Numbered from the stretch's first letter, positions 9,450 through 19,231 are shown. The stretch: DNA of 64,000 bases from an uncultured Planctomycetota bacterium (GCA_963823665.1 CAWGMQ010000006.1:1056001-1120000); one strand, 5' to 3'. A program made the numbers and translations. The notes: generated by a model from the sequence alone, not told the origin.

Positions 9450-12400
9450 TTATGTGAAAGAGAGCCGTTCGGCCTCCGGAACGACCGCCCCGAGGTCGTC
9501 AAGCAGTTGCTGGCCGCGATGGCGGTATTCGTCGGCTTTTTCGGGGATGACGCAGGAGGCGTCGAGAAAGGCACGGGCCAACTCGTAGCGGGCGCCGTGC
9601 TTTCCGGCCGCGACGATCGATTGCTCGAAGTAGCGAGCCGCTCTCTTGGTCTTGCCGAGGGCGCAGGCGGCGCGGCCGCTCACACGAAGGGCGTGGGCCC
9701 CGTAGTTGGGGTACCGCCAGCCGAAGAAGCGAGCAACCCGAGCTTCGCGCCAAGCTTTAATGGCAATGGCTCGGCTCGGCCCGCCATCGGCAAGAGCCCA
9801 GCGGGGACCGAGCAGGCTCTCGACGAGCAATGGATAAGTCGGCGCCGCAAACTCAAAAGGGCAGTACGTTCGAATCGTCCGAGCCCTTGATTTCTCAAGC
9901 GCGGCACCAGCGCCGGAGTAGTCCGACGCCTGGAGGCGGACGAAGCCGAGATGGCCGTACGCGATCAGAAGCGCGAGTGAATCGCGGGTGATGAGCACGT
10001 CGACCGCGCGAGTCATCAGTTCGTTCGCTTCTTCGACCCGGCCGGCCCTCGCCAGGGCGTCGGCCTTGCCGTATTGCCCGTAAGCCAATGCCTCCGCGTC
10101 GCCACGCGCCTTGCCGGTTTGGATCTCGACCTCAGCCTCGACCAGCTCCATCGGGATGTCGCCACGCACCGCATAGAGATGTCGCAGCGTGTGGTGGGAG
10201 AAGAACCCCATCCAGTCGCCGACTTTGTCGAGAGTTCCGACCGCGTCGCGCAGCACCGTCTCGGCCTCGTTCAGCCGGGCGCTGAAGTAATGAACGCCGC
10301 CAACATGTCCTCTGGTCACTGCCTTCACGTCGACTCGATGGCAGGATTCCGCCGCTTTTTCGGCCCGGCGCATGCAGCCCTTCATGAACCAGCCGAGTGA
10401 GAACCAGCTCCAGCTATAGAAAATCTTCGAATAGCCCACGGCGACGACTTCGGGCTTCCCCGACTGTTTCGCCAGGGCCGCCGTCCGGTACAAAACGTAA
10501 CAAAAACTGAGTACGCTGGGCGGCACCAGGCCCATGCGGTAGTAAGTCGCGGTCGCGATCGCGACCCGCCGGTCGAAATCGGCCCGGCGCCTGTTAAAAG
10601 AGAGCCAGGATGGCATCATGTGGAAGTAAACGAACGATCGCCAGAGGCCGAAAAAGAGCCCCATCGGGCCACGAGGGCGAGGATATCCGAGCTCAGACAA
10701 CGCAAGACTGAAATGGCCCTTGGAGTCGCGGTAGTCGCCTTGCCGGTGAAATGCCGAACCGATGCCGTGGTGAGCGCTGGCTCGATCAAGATGGTCGCAG
10801 GCGTGCTCGAGGGCGCGTGTGTAAGCCCCGATCGCGTCGTCGAGCTGGCCCGACGAGCCGAACGCAGTGCCGAGCATGTCCCAGAGTTGATATCTCTTCG
10901 CCGCGTCGGCGTCCGAGGGCAAGAGCTGCTGGGCTTCTTTCAAATGGACGATTGCGTTGTTGAAGGCATAGGCATCGAGCGCCGCTTGGGCCGCTTCCAT
11001 TGTGTACGCGAATGCCTTGGACCGCTCGTCGCTTTCGCGGAAATGCTCGGCGAGCATGGCGGGAGCGACAGCCCGCCCCTGCGCCCGGCGCTGTTCCAGC
11101 AACTCGCCGACTCGCCGGTGCAGGCTCCGCCGGCGAGTGGCTGAGAGGTCGGCATAAGGCAACTCGTGCAGCAGGTCATGCACGAACTCGACGTGTCCCG
11201 GGTTTCCTGTCTCGCGAAACACGCGGCGCGGCAACAGCAGGTCAACGGCGTCGAGCACATCGGCCTCGCTAAGCTCGTGCAAGACGTCGCGGAGCAGGTC
11301 GATATCGACCACCGCCCCGATTACCGCCGCCGCGCCCACCACCTGCTGGACCTTCGCTGGCAGACCTTGCAAACGGAGTCGCATCACGTCGCGTACCGTC
11401 TCGGGTAGGTCCGTGGAATCGCCCGCCTCGGTCGACAGCACCCAGCCGCTCTCACCGTGGGTGATCGCCTGCTTGTCGTACCAGTCTCGAACGGTCTCGG
11501 CGACGAAGAAGGGGTTCCCGCCGCACAATGTGTAGACCCGGCCGACCAGGTCGACGGCCAGTTCCTCGGGCTGACAGTTCAAGCGCAACGCGATCAATTC
11601 ACGGGTCTCGCTCTCGGTCAATGGCGCCAGCACAAGCTCGAGAAGTTGACGTTGCTCGCGGAGCTGCGTCAGCAGGGCTTCGAGCGGCGCATAGCCGGTT
11701 CGGGCCGACGCTACGATCACCAGCTTTGGGGCCCTTGTCGACCCATCGGCTGAGCGCCGTGTGGTGGCCAATGCCGCGGCCAGGTGCCGCAACAGGTCGA
11801 GCGAGCTCTTGTCGGCCCATTGCAGATCTTCGAAGCTCAGGCAGACCGGCTGGAAGGTGGCGATTTCGAGGAAGAAAGCGGTCAGTGCGCGGTAGATGTA
11901 GTCGGCCTCGCGGCCGAAATCAACCTGCTGGTAAGCCTCGCCCGGCAGATACTTGCGGAGCTCAGGCGCGATGCGAAGGAGCTCGCCACGATAGTCGTTG
12001 ACGACGCCTAGCAGGCGCACCAGCGATGCTGCGGGGAGCCCGGCGACGTGGGTGCCGGTGAGGTCCGCGTCGGCGGCCGTGACCTCGCGTCGCTCCTGGA
12101 GTTTCAGCTCGGCGATGAGCTGTCTGATGATCTCGACGAAGGGCTGGAAGGGGGACAAGTCGCCGTCGAAGCACCTTCCCTCATAGACCTGGCAGCCGTG
12201 GCCGCGCGCGATGCGTTCGGCCTCCTGGACCACGCTGCTCTTGCCGATTCCGGGCTCGCCGCTGACGACGAGCAACGAGGCCGGGATCTCGTCGCGAGTC
12301 TCGGCCAAGCCCCTCCTGAGGCAGCGGCGCAGGACGTCGTTGATCAACTCCTGCTCGCTGGCGCGGCAGACGAAGCCGGTGACCGACAATCCTGGCCTTA

Positions 12401-13406
12401 GCGCCGGGATTGAGACTCCCGACACGGCGGTTTTGTCGTCGATGCCGAGGAATGCAGCGATCGCCGAGCGAAGAAGGCCGGCGGATTCCGGGCGGCGCCT
12501 GGGCTCCTTGCGGAGATACTTCATCACCACGTCGGCGATCGGTGCCGGTAATTCGGGGTTAACCTCGAAAAGCGGCTTCGGCTTTTCATTGAGCTGGGCC
12601 TGCATCAAGGGACGCATGCCGCCCAGCCGCGCCTCTGGAAATGCGTAGCGTCCGCTCAGGACCTCGTAGACAACGAGCCCCAGACAGTAAAGGTCTGCGC
12701 GGTGATCAAGCTCATCGAGGTTGATCTGCTCCGGCGCACAGTATGCGACTGTCCCCACGAACCCGGCCTCGGCGGAGAGCGACGACTTGACGCCGTAGTA
12801 CTTTGCCAGGCCGAAGTCCATCAGCCGCGTCTCGAAGTGGCGCGAGCCGTCATCTCGAGTGGCGGGGCGGACCAGAATGTTCGACGGCTTGACGTCACGA
12901 TGCACGATGCCGTGCCCGTGGATGTAATCCAGAGCGTGGGTCAGTTGCAGAAGCGGGTCGAGTCGTTCGAGTAGTGGCCGGCTCGAGATGCTGGTGATGG
13001 GCTGTCCCAAGAACAGCTCCATCGTGAAGAAGGGACCGCCGCCGAGGTCACCGTAATCGTAGACGCCCAGGCAATGTGGATGCCGCAATGCCGAGAGCGA
13101 ACGAAACTCGCGTTCGAAGCGACGGCGAGCAGTCCCGGCTATGGTTCCCTTCATGAGCTTGAGGGCAACGTCCCGTCCGTCGCGTGAGTCGCGCGCGCGA
13201 TAGACGACGCCCATGCCCCCCTCGCCGAGCTTCGCTCCAATCTGGAACCGCTCGTGCCGGAGCCCGGCGAAGTCCTCGCTCGGCGAATGTTCCTCGGGTT
13301 CGCTGTCATGCCCAGACGTCGCCGAAACGTCGAGCGCGATCGACGGTCCCTGGAACGATCTCGTGCCGTCGAGCTGCGGGTCAACGACAGTTTGGGCTCG
13401 TGTCAT
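9450..13406 (-). CDS. Ser/Thr kinase - STAND ATPase - TPR protein, paralogue 2
   Basis: Same motif set as paralogue 1. ATG at 13406 (MTRAQTVVDP) has a GAGG upstream and aligns with the paralogue starts better than the ORF-track start at 13493. Confidence 0.9.
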   Translation of the reverse strand: MTRAQTVVDPQLDGTRSFQGPSIALDVSATSGHDSEPEEHSPSEDFAGLRHERFQIGAKLGEGGMGVVYRARDSRDGRDVALKLMKGTIAGTARRRFEREFRSLSALRHPHCLGVYDYGDLGGGPFFTMELFLGQPITSISSRPLLERLDPLLQLTHALDYIHGHGIVHRDVKPSNILVRPATRDDGSRHFETRLMDFGLAKYYGVKSSLSAEAGFVGTVAYCAPEQINLDELDHRADLYCLGLVVYEVLSGRYAFPEARLGGMRPLMQAQLNEKPKPLFEVNPELPAPIADVVMKYLRKEPRRRPESAGLLRSAIAAFLGIDDKTAVSGVSIPALRPGLSVTGFVCRASEQELINDVLRRCLRRGLAETRDEIPASLLVVSGEPGIGKSSVVQEAERIARGHGCQVYEGRCFDGDLSPFQPFVEIIRQLIAELKLQERREVTAADADLTGTHVAGLPAASLVRLLGVVNDYRGELLRIAPELRKYLPGEAYQQVDFGREADYIYRALTAFFLEIATFQPVCLSFEDLQWADKSSLDLLRHLAAALATTRRSADGSTRAPKLVIVASARTGYAPLEALLTQLREQRQLLELVLAPLTESETRELIALRLNCQPEELAVDLVGRVYTLCGGNPFFVAETVRDWYDKQAITHGESGWVLSTEAGDSTDLPETVRDVMRLRLQGLPAKVQQVVGAAAVIGAVVDIDLLRDVLHELSEADVLDAVDLLLPRRVFRETGNPGHVEFVHDLLHELPYADLSATRRRSLHRRVGELLEQRRAQGRAVAPAMLAEHFRESDERSKAFAYTMEAAQAALDAYAFNNAIVHLKEAQQLLPSDADAAKRYQLWDMLGTAFGSSGQLDDAIGAYTRALEHACDHLDRASAHHGIGSAFHRQGDYRDSKGHFSLALSELGYPRPRGPMGLFFGLWRSFVYFHMMPSWLSFNRRRADFDRRVAIATATYYRMGLVPPSVLSFCYVLYRTAALAKQSGKPEVVAVGYSKIFYSWSWFSLGWFMKGCMRRAEKAAESCHRVDVKAVTRGHVGGVHYFSARLNEAETVLRDAVGTLDKVGDWMGFFSHHTLRHLYAVRGDIPMELVEAEVEIQTGKARGDAEALAYGQYGKADALARAGRVEEANELMTRAVDVLITRDSLALLIAYGHLGFVRLQASDYSGAGAALEKSRARTIRTYCPFEFAAPTYPLLVESLLGPRWALADGGPSRAIAIKAWREARVARFFGWRYPNYGAHALRVSGRAACALGKTKRAARYFEQSIVAAGKHGARYELARAFLDASCVIPEKADEYRHRGQQLLDDLGAVVPEAERLSFT

Positions 13407-16400
13407 CGGCTCGCCTCGGCGGGGGTGCGGCACGCTTGAGTGCTTGGTTTGTGATACGTTCCGCTTCGGGCACGACGGCCCCGAGCTCGTCAAGCAGTTG
13501 CTGGCCGCGATGGCGGTATTCGTCGGCTTTTTCGGGGATCACGCGGGATGCGTCGAGAAAAGCACGGGCCAGATCGTAGCGGGCGCCGAGCTTTCCGGCC
13601 GCGACGATCGATTGCTCGAAGTAGCGAGCCGCTCTCTTGGTCTTGCCGAGGGCGCAGGCGGCGCGGCCGCTCACGCGAAGGGCGTGGGCCCCGTAGTTGG
13701 GGTATCGCCAACCGACGAAGCGGGCAACGCGAGCCTCACGCCAGGCTTTACGGGCAACGGCTCGGCTTGGTCCGTCATCCGCGTCGGCCCAGCGGGGGCC
13801 CAGCAGGCTCTCGACGAGCAAAGGAAAAGTGGAGCCTGCCCACTCAAACGGGCAGTATCTCCGTATGGTTCGATCCCTTGATTTCTCGAGTGCGGCACGA
13901 GCTCCGGAGTAGTCAGACGCCTGGAGGCGGACGAAGCCCAGATGGCCGTACGCGATATTGAGCGCGAATGAATCGCGGGCGATGAGCACTGCGACCGCGG
14001 GAATCATCAGTTCGTGCGCCTCTTCGACACGGCCGGCCCTGGCGAGTGCGTCGGCCTTGCCGTACTGTCCATAAGCCAATGCTTCCGCGTCGCCGCGCGC
14101 TGTGCCGGTTTCGATCTCCAGTTCAGCCTCCGCGAGCTCCATCGGGATGTCGCCACGGACGGCATAGAGGTGTCTCAGTGTGTGGTGGGAGAACAAACCA
14201 AACCAGTCACCGACCTTGTCGAGAGTTCCGATCGCTTCGCGTAGATCCGCCTCGCCCTGATCCAGCCGGCCGCTGTAGTAATGCACGCCACCAATGTGCG
14301 CTTTCGTCAGCGCCATCACCTCGACCCGACGACAGGATTCCGCAGCCTTCTCGGCCCGACGCATAAAATCGTTCATGAACGAGCCGAGAGAGAACATGCC
14401 GTAGCTCCAGAAAATCTTTGAGTAGCCCGCGGCGATGAGTTCTGGCTTCCCAGACTTCTTCGCCAGGGCGGCGATCCGGTATGAGCTGTAACAATAACTC
14501 AGGACGCTCTTCGTGCAGCTAGTAGCCAAGCGGTGGTAGGTCGTGGTCGCGATCGCGACCCGTCGGTCGAAATCGGGCCGGGTCCTGTCAAGAGCGAGCC
14601 CGGATGGGATCAAGTGGAAGTAAACAAACGAGCGCCAGAGCCCGGAAACGAGTCCCATCGCACTATGAGGAAGAGGATATCCGACCTCAGACAAGGCAAG
14701 GCTGAAATGGCGGCCGGAGTCGTCGTAGGCGCCTTTCCGCTGAAACGCCGAACCGATGCCGTGGTGAGCGCTGGCTCGATCAAGATGGTTGCCGGCGTGC
14801 TCGAGAGCGTGTGTGTAAGCCCCGATCGCGTCGTCGAGCTGGCCCGACGAGCCGAATGCGGTGGCGAGCATGTCCCAGATGCGATATTTCGTGGCCGCGT
14901 CGGCGTCGGCGGGCAAAAGCTGCTGGGCGTCTTTCAACTGGACGACCGCGTTGTTGAAGGCATAGGCGTTGAGCGCCGCTCCGGCCGCTTCCATCGTGTA
15001 CGCGAAGGCCTTGGACCGCTCGTCGCTATGGCGGAAATGGTCGGCGAGGACGGCGGGCGCGACGGCTCGCCCCTGCGCCCGGCGCTGTTCCAGCAACTCA
15101 CCGACTCGCCGGTGCAAACTCCGCCGACGAGTCGCTGAGAGGTCGGCATAGGGCAACTCGTGCAGCAGGTCGTGCACGAACTCGACGTGTCCCGGGTTTC
15201 CGGTCTCGCGAAACACGCGGCGCGGCAACAGCAGGTCAACGGCGTCGAGCACATCGGCTTCGCCAAGCTCCTTCAAGACGTCGCTGAGCAGGTCGATATC
15301 GACCACCGCCCCGATCACAGCCGCCGCGCCCACCACCTGCTGGACCTTCGTTGGCAGACCCTGCAAACGCAGTCGCATCACGTCGCGCACGGTCTCGGGC
15401 AGGTCGGTGGAATCGCCCGCCTCGGTCGACAGCACCCAGCCGCTCTCGCCGCGGGTGATTGCCTGCTTGTCGTACCACTCCCGAACGGTCTCGGCGACGA
15501 AGAACGGGTTCCCGCCGCACAACGTGTTGACGCGGCCGACCAGGTCGGCAGTCAGTTCCTCGGGCGGACAGTTCAAGCGCAACGCGATCAATTCACGGGT
15601 CTCGCTCTCGGTCAACGGTGCCAGCAGAAGCTCGAGAAGTTGACGTTGCTCGCGGAGCTGTACGAGTAGAGCTTCCAGCGACGCATGGCCGGTTCGGGCC
15701 GACGCTACGATCACCAGCCTTGGGGCCCTTGTCGACCCATCGGCTGAGCGCCGTGCGGTGGCCAATGCGGCAGCCAGATGCCGCAGCAGGTCGAGCGAGC
15801 TCTTGTCGGCCCATTGCAGATCTTCGAAGCTCAGGCAGACCGGCTGGAAGGTGGCGATTTCGAGGAAGAAAGCGGTCAGCGCGCGGTAGATGTAGTCGGC
15901 CTCGCGGCCGAAATCAACCTGCTGGTACGCCTCGCCCGGCAGATACTTGCGGAGCTCAGGCGCGATGCGGAGGAGCTCGCCGCGATAGTCGTTGACGATG
16001 CCCAGCAGGCGCACCAGCGATGCTGCGGGGAGCCCGGCGACGTGGGTGCCGGTGAGGTCCGCGTCGGCGGCCGTGACCTCGCGTCGCTCCTGGAGTTTCA
16101 GCTCGGCGATGAGCTGTCTGATGATCTCGACGAAGGGCTGGAAGGGGGACAAGTTGCCGTCGAAGCACCTACCCTCATAGACCTGGCAGCCGTGGCCGCG
16201 CGCGATGCGTTCGGCCTCCTGGACCACGCTGCTCTTGCCGATTCCGGGCTCGCCGCTGACCACGATCAACGAGGCCGGGATCTCGTCGCGAGTCTCGGCC
16301 AAGCCAGGCCGGAGGCAGCGGCGCAGGACGTCGTTGATCAACTCCTGCTCGCTGGCGCGGCAGACGAAGCCGGTGACCGACAATCCTGGCCGCAGCGCCG

Positions 16401-17255
16401 GGATTGATACTCCCGAGACGGCGGTTTTGTCGTCGATGCCGAGGAATGCAGCGATCGCCGAGCGGAGAAGGCCGGCGGATTCCGGGCGGCGCCTGGGCTC
16501 CTTGCGGAGATACTTCATCACCACGTCGGCGATCGGTGCCGGTAATTCGGGGTTAACCTCGAAAAGCGGCTTCGGCTTTTCATTGAGCTGGGCCTGCATC
16601 AAGGGACGCATGCCGCCCAGCCGCGCCTCTGGAAATGCGTAGCGTCCGCTCAGGACCTCGTAGACGACGAGCCCCAGGCAGTACAGATCAGCGCGGTGAT
16701 CAAGCTCGTCGAGGTTGATCTGCTCGGGGGCACAGTATGCGACTGTCCCCACGAAACCGGCCTCGGCCGAGAGCGACGACTTGACGCCGTAATACTTTGC
16801 CAGTCCGAAGTCCATTAGCCGCGTCTCGAAGTGACGCGAGCCGTCATCTCGAGTGGCGGGGCGGACCAGAATGTTCGACGGCTTGACGTCGCGGTGCACG
16901 ATGCCGTGCCCGTGGATGTAGTCGAGGGCGTGTGTGAGCTGCAGCAATGGGTCGAAACGTTCGAGAAGCGGCCGGCTCGAGATGCTGGTGATGGGTTGTC
17001 CCAAGAACAGCTCCATCGTGAAGAAGGGACCGCCGCCCAGGTCACCGTAGTCGTAAACGCCCAGGCAATGGGGATGCTTGAGCGCCGAGAGCGAACGAAA
17101 CTCGCGTTCGAAGCGGCGGCGAGCAGTCCCGGCGATGGTTCCCTTCATGAGCTTGAGGGCGACGTCCCGTCCGTCGCGCGCATCGCGCGCGCGATAGACG
17201 ACACCCATGCCCCCCTCGCCGAGCTTCGCTCCAATCTGGAACCGCTCGTGCCTCA
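9470..17255. repeat. ~4-kb tandem gene duplication (paralogue 2 vs paralogue 3)
   Basis: Offset is 3994 nt in the ATPase region (11821 vs 15815) and 3991 nt at the 3' end (9601 vs 13592), i.e. a one-codon indel in the TPR region. 12472-12671 reads identical to its counterpart at 16466-16665. Confidence 0.92.
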
Positions 17256-17403
17256 AGTCGGCGACGGCGTTTTCTTGAGGAGCGGATTCCTCCCAATCGG
17301 AGCTCGCCTGGGACGACAACAAAACAAGGGATTCACGAGCCGCGACGGACCTCGTCTCGTCCGGGGATTGGTCAATCGTCGCCGCGGCGCGCGAGAATGG
17401 CAT
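13381..17403 (-). CDS. Ser/Thr kinase - STAND ATPase - TPR protein, paralogue 3
   Basis: Same motif set. Near-identical to paralogue 2 through the kinase and ATPase regions. Its C-terminal extension overlaps the start of paralogue 2 by 26 nt. Confidence 0.9.
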   Translation of the reverse strand: MPFSRAAATIDQSPDETRSVAARESLVLLSSQASSDWEESAPQENAVADLRHERFQIGAKLGEGGMGVVYRARDARDGRDVALKLMKGTIAGTARRRFEREFRSLSALKHPHCLGVYDYGDLGGGPFFTMELFLGQPITSISSRPLLERFDPLLQLTHALDYIHGHGIVHRDVKPSNILVRPATRDDGSRHFETRLMDFGLAKYYGVKSSLSAEAGFVGTVAYCAPEQINLDELDHRADLYCLGLVVYEVLSGRYAFPEARLGGMRPLMQAQLNEKPKPLFEVNPELPAPIADVVMKYLRKEPRRRPESAGLLRSAIAAFLGIDDKTAVSGVSIPALRPGLSVTGFVCRASEQELINDVLRRCLRPGLAETRDEIPASLIVVSGEPGIGKSSVVQEAERIARGHGCQVYEGRCFDGNLSPFQPFVEIIRQLIAELKLQERREVTAADADLTGTHVAGLPAASLVRLLGIVNDYRGELLRIAPELRKYLPGEAYQQVDFGREADYIYRALTAFFLEIATFQPVCLSFEDLQWADKSSLDLLRHLAAALATARRSADGSTRAPRLVIVASARTGHASLEALLVQLREQRQLLELLLAPLTESETRELIALRLNCPPEELTADLVGRVNTLCGGNPFFVAETVREWYDKQAITRGESGWVLSTEAGDSTDLPETVRDVMRLRLQGLPTKVQQVVGAAAVIGAVVDIDLLSDVLKELGEADVLDAVDLLLPRRVFRETGNPGHVEFVHDLLHELPYADLSATRRRSLHRRVGELLEQRRAQGRAVAPAVLADHFRHSDERSKAFAYTMEAAGAALNAYAFNNAVVQLKDAQQLLPADADAATKYRIWDMLATAFGSSGQLDDAIGAYTHALEHAGNHLDRASAHHGIGSAFQRKGAYDDSGRHFSLALSEVGYPLPHSAMGLVSGLWRSFVYFHLIPSGLALDRTRPDFDRRVAIATTTYHRLATSCTKSVLSYCYSSYRIAALAKKSGKPELIAAGYSKIFWSYGMFSLGSFMNDFMRRAEKAAESCRRVEVMALTKAHIGGVHYYSGRLDQGEADLREAIGTLDKVGDWFGLFSHHTLRHLYAVRGDIPMELAEAELEIETGTARGDAEALAYGQYGKADALARAGRVEEAHELMIPAVAVLIARDSFALNIAYGHLGFVRLQASDYSGARAALEKSRDRTIRRYCPFEWAGSTFPLLVESLLGPRWADADDGPSRAVARKAWREARVARFVGWRYPNYGAHALRVSGRAACALGKTKRAARYFEQSIVAAGKLGARYDLARAFLDASRVIPEKADEYRHRGQQLLDELGAVVPEAERITNQALKRAAPPPRRADDTSPNCR

Positions 17404-17433
17404 CGATGTACCTGGATTAGTTCTGGCTCGACA

Positions 17434-18471
17434 TCAGTACGAATCCGACGACAGGACCTCGCCCCCCTGGATCGAAGAAAGGCTGACCCACACGTTGGGA
17501 TCGACCGCGTTTTTGACGAATCGCACCGAGCCGTCACCAAAGCCGGAGTTAACCCCGCCGGGGTGGCGGCTGCGTGAGCCGGCGTAGAAGTCGTAGTAGG
17601 GGAACGCCACGTTGATGCACGGAAGGCCATGGCCGGGGTCGTTCACGCAGAAACCAACCCCGATTCGGTCCCCGCCACCGCCGGGAGGATCGGCGACGCC
17701 GTAATAGTCCCGCAGCCCGTTCGGGGTAAACCGCGTTGAAAAAGCGCCCGCCAGTGTCCAGATCGCTCCCCGCGCATCGTTCGTCTCACCTTGCATGACC
17801 TCGCTCGTGAAGATCGTGGAGCTCGTGCCGTCGGTGACCGCGGCAAGCCGGACGGGCTGATGACCGAAGGCAGAGAGCCGGTAGACGACCGGGAGGTTCA
17901 GGGTGGCGGTGTTGCCCGCGCCTGGCGAATTCAGTTGGCTCCAGATGGTGTTTCCCCAGCTCACTACGTAATTGCCTCGAGGCGAAGTGATCAAAGCGCC
18001 GTTGGTCGGCCAGGTCACCAAGAGTACGTTCGAATTGTCGCTGGGGCACTGCATCGTCGCGATCTTTGTGCCGAAAACCGTGGAATTGATGCTGAACCCC
18101 AAGGGCATCCCGGTACTGTCGGGAACCCCTTCCAGGCCGATCGAGAAATTGAAAGCGTTGGACAAGGCTTGCTGCTCGAGTTGTGGCAGCAGCTCGGTGA
18201 GCCAGTTGGTGTTCTGGCAGCCCTCGAAGAACCCGGGCAAGGGGAGGCCGGGCAATGGAGTCCAGACTCGACCAATCGGCAGTGAGCCGAAGACCGACTC
18301 ATAATTATGGATCGCCAGCCCAAGTTGCTTTACGTTGTTGACGCACTGCGCCCGCCGAGCCGCCTCGCGAGCGGCCTGGACGGCAGGAAGCAGCAAGGCG
18401 ATCAAGACCGCGATAATCGCGATCACCACCAGAAGCTCAATCAGCGTGAAACCTTGACGTCGTTTCCACAT
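17434..18471 (-). CDS. DUF1559 family protein with prepilin-type N-terminal cleavage/methylation motif and H-X9-DG C-terminal motif
   Basis: MWKRRQGFTLIELLVVIAIIAVLIALLLPAVQAAREAARRAQCVNNVKQLGLAIHNY; CPSD; TDGTSSTI; SRHPGGVNSGFGDGSVRF. The true start is probably ATG 18471, not 18720. Confidence 0.93.
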   Translation of the reverse strand: MWKRRQGFTLIELLVVIAIIAVLIALLLPAVQAAREAARRAQCVNNVKQLGLAIHNYESVFGSLPIGRVWTPLPGLPLPGFFEGCQNTNWLTELLPQLEQQALSNAFNFSIGLEGVPDSTGMPLGFSINSTVFGTKIATMQCPSDNSNVLLVTWPTNGALITSPRGNYVVSWGNTIWSQLNSPGAGNTATLNLPVVYRLSAFGHQPVRLAAVTDGTSSTIFTSEVMQGETNDARGAIWTLAGAFSTRFTPNGLRDYYGVADPPGGGGDRIGVGFCVNDPGHGLPCINVAFPYYDFYAGSRSRHPGGVNSGFGDGSVRFVKNAVDPNVWVSLSSIQGGEVLSSDSY

Positions 18472-18741
18472 CGAATTGCCTCGATTCTTATCTCCAATCA
18501 TTACCCCCGCTCCGCAACGAGCGAGATCACACCGATTTGCGGCTCGTCTCGCTCGCGGGCCGCCGTTTTCATCAACGCCGCCGCTCGCCCTCTCAGGCAA
18601 CTCCTGCAAATCGCGGCAAGAGGTTACAGGTCGCCGGGAAATTATTTTCCCCTCGCCACCGGAACCGAGGGTTCGCCTATCCGAAGACATTCGGCGGGAC
18701 CGTAAATCCGAGCGGCACACTCACCGGAGCTCAAACACCCT

Positions 18742-19110
18742 TCAATAATCGTCGGCAGAGACGAGCTTGGGATTGGCGAGCGGGGGAGGAGCCGGATCCG
18801 AACAAACCGGATACCACGGCCGCGCCGCCGCGGCCTGATACTTCACGCTCAGCACACGGTGATACTCCGCCGCACTCAACTGAAGATTCCTCTCCGCTGC
18901 CCGCTCAGGCGCGATTCGCTCGGCTCTGATGAAGCCGCAAAGACAGAAACTGGCGTCCATTTCGAGCTGATGGCCCGCGGCCGCGTGATAGGACGCTTTC
19001 TCACGAAATGCTTGGGCCCGCCGTTGGTTCAGAACGCCACCGCCGGACAGAACGGCAACGACCGCGACGGCGGCCATCAGCGCTCGAATGTCGACCCGAA
19101 AGCGAGGCAC
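18742..19110 (-). CDS. Small single-TM hypothetical protein of an Isosphaeraceae-type expanded family
   Basis: GTG at 19110 with GGGGA upstream gives (M)PRFRVDIRALMAAVAVVAVL...YHRVLSVKYQAAAARPWYPVCSDPAPP. I recall this N- and C-terminal pattern from Isosphaeraceae small proteins; it was not searched. Confidence 0.65.
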   Translation of the reverse strand: MPRFRVDIRALMAAVAVVAVLSGGGVLNQRRAQAFREKASYHAAAGHQLEMDASFCLCGFIRAERIAPERAAERNLQLSAAEYHRVLSVKYQAAAARPWYPVCSDPAPPPLANPKLVSADDY

Positions 19111-19168
19111 CGACCATCCCCCGAAAATTCCCGTGAACGGAACCGCTGTCAATTCAATCAATTTTAGC

Positions 19169-19231
19169 TCAATTGGACCCGCTTCCGTCTCCGTAGGGCT
19201 AATCCAGGAGCACAACATCGCCGCGTTTCAT
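19169..19231 (-). pseudogene. Remnant of a PemK/MazF-family toxin gene (nonsense codon plus truncation)
   Basis: ATG at 19231 overlaps the upstream stop (ATGA). It reads MKRGDVVLLD*PYGDGSGSN*, matching the PemK/MazF N-terminus (M.RGDVVLV.FP..D.SG.K.RP), with TAG at 19199-19201 and no downstream continuation. Confidence 0.72.

Noticed and set aside
9450..17403. Diversity-generating retroelement behind the TPR variation
   Set aside because: No reverse transcriptase or template repeat is in the window, and the differences are not adenine-specific and include an indel.
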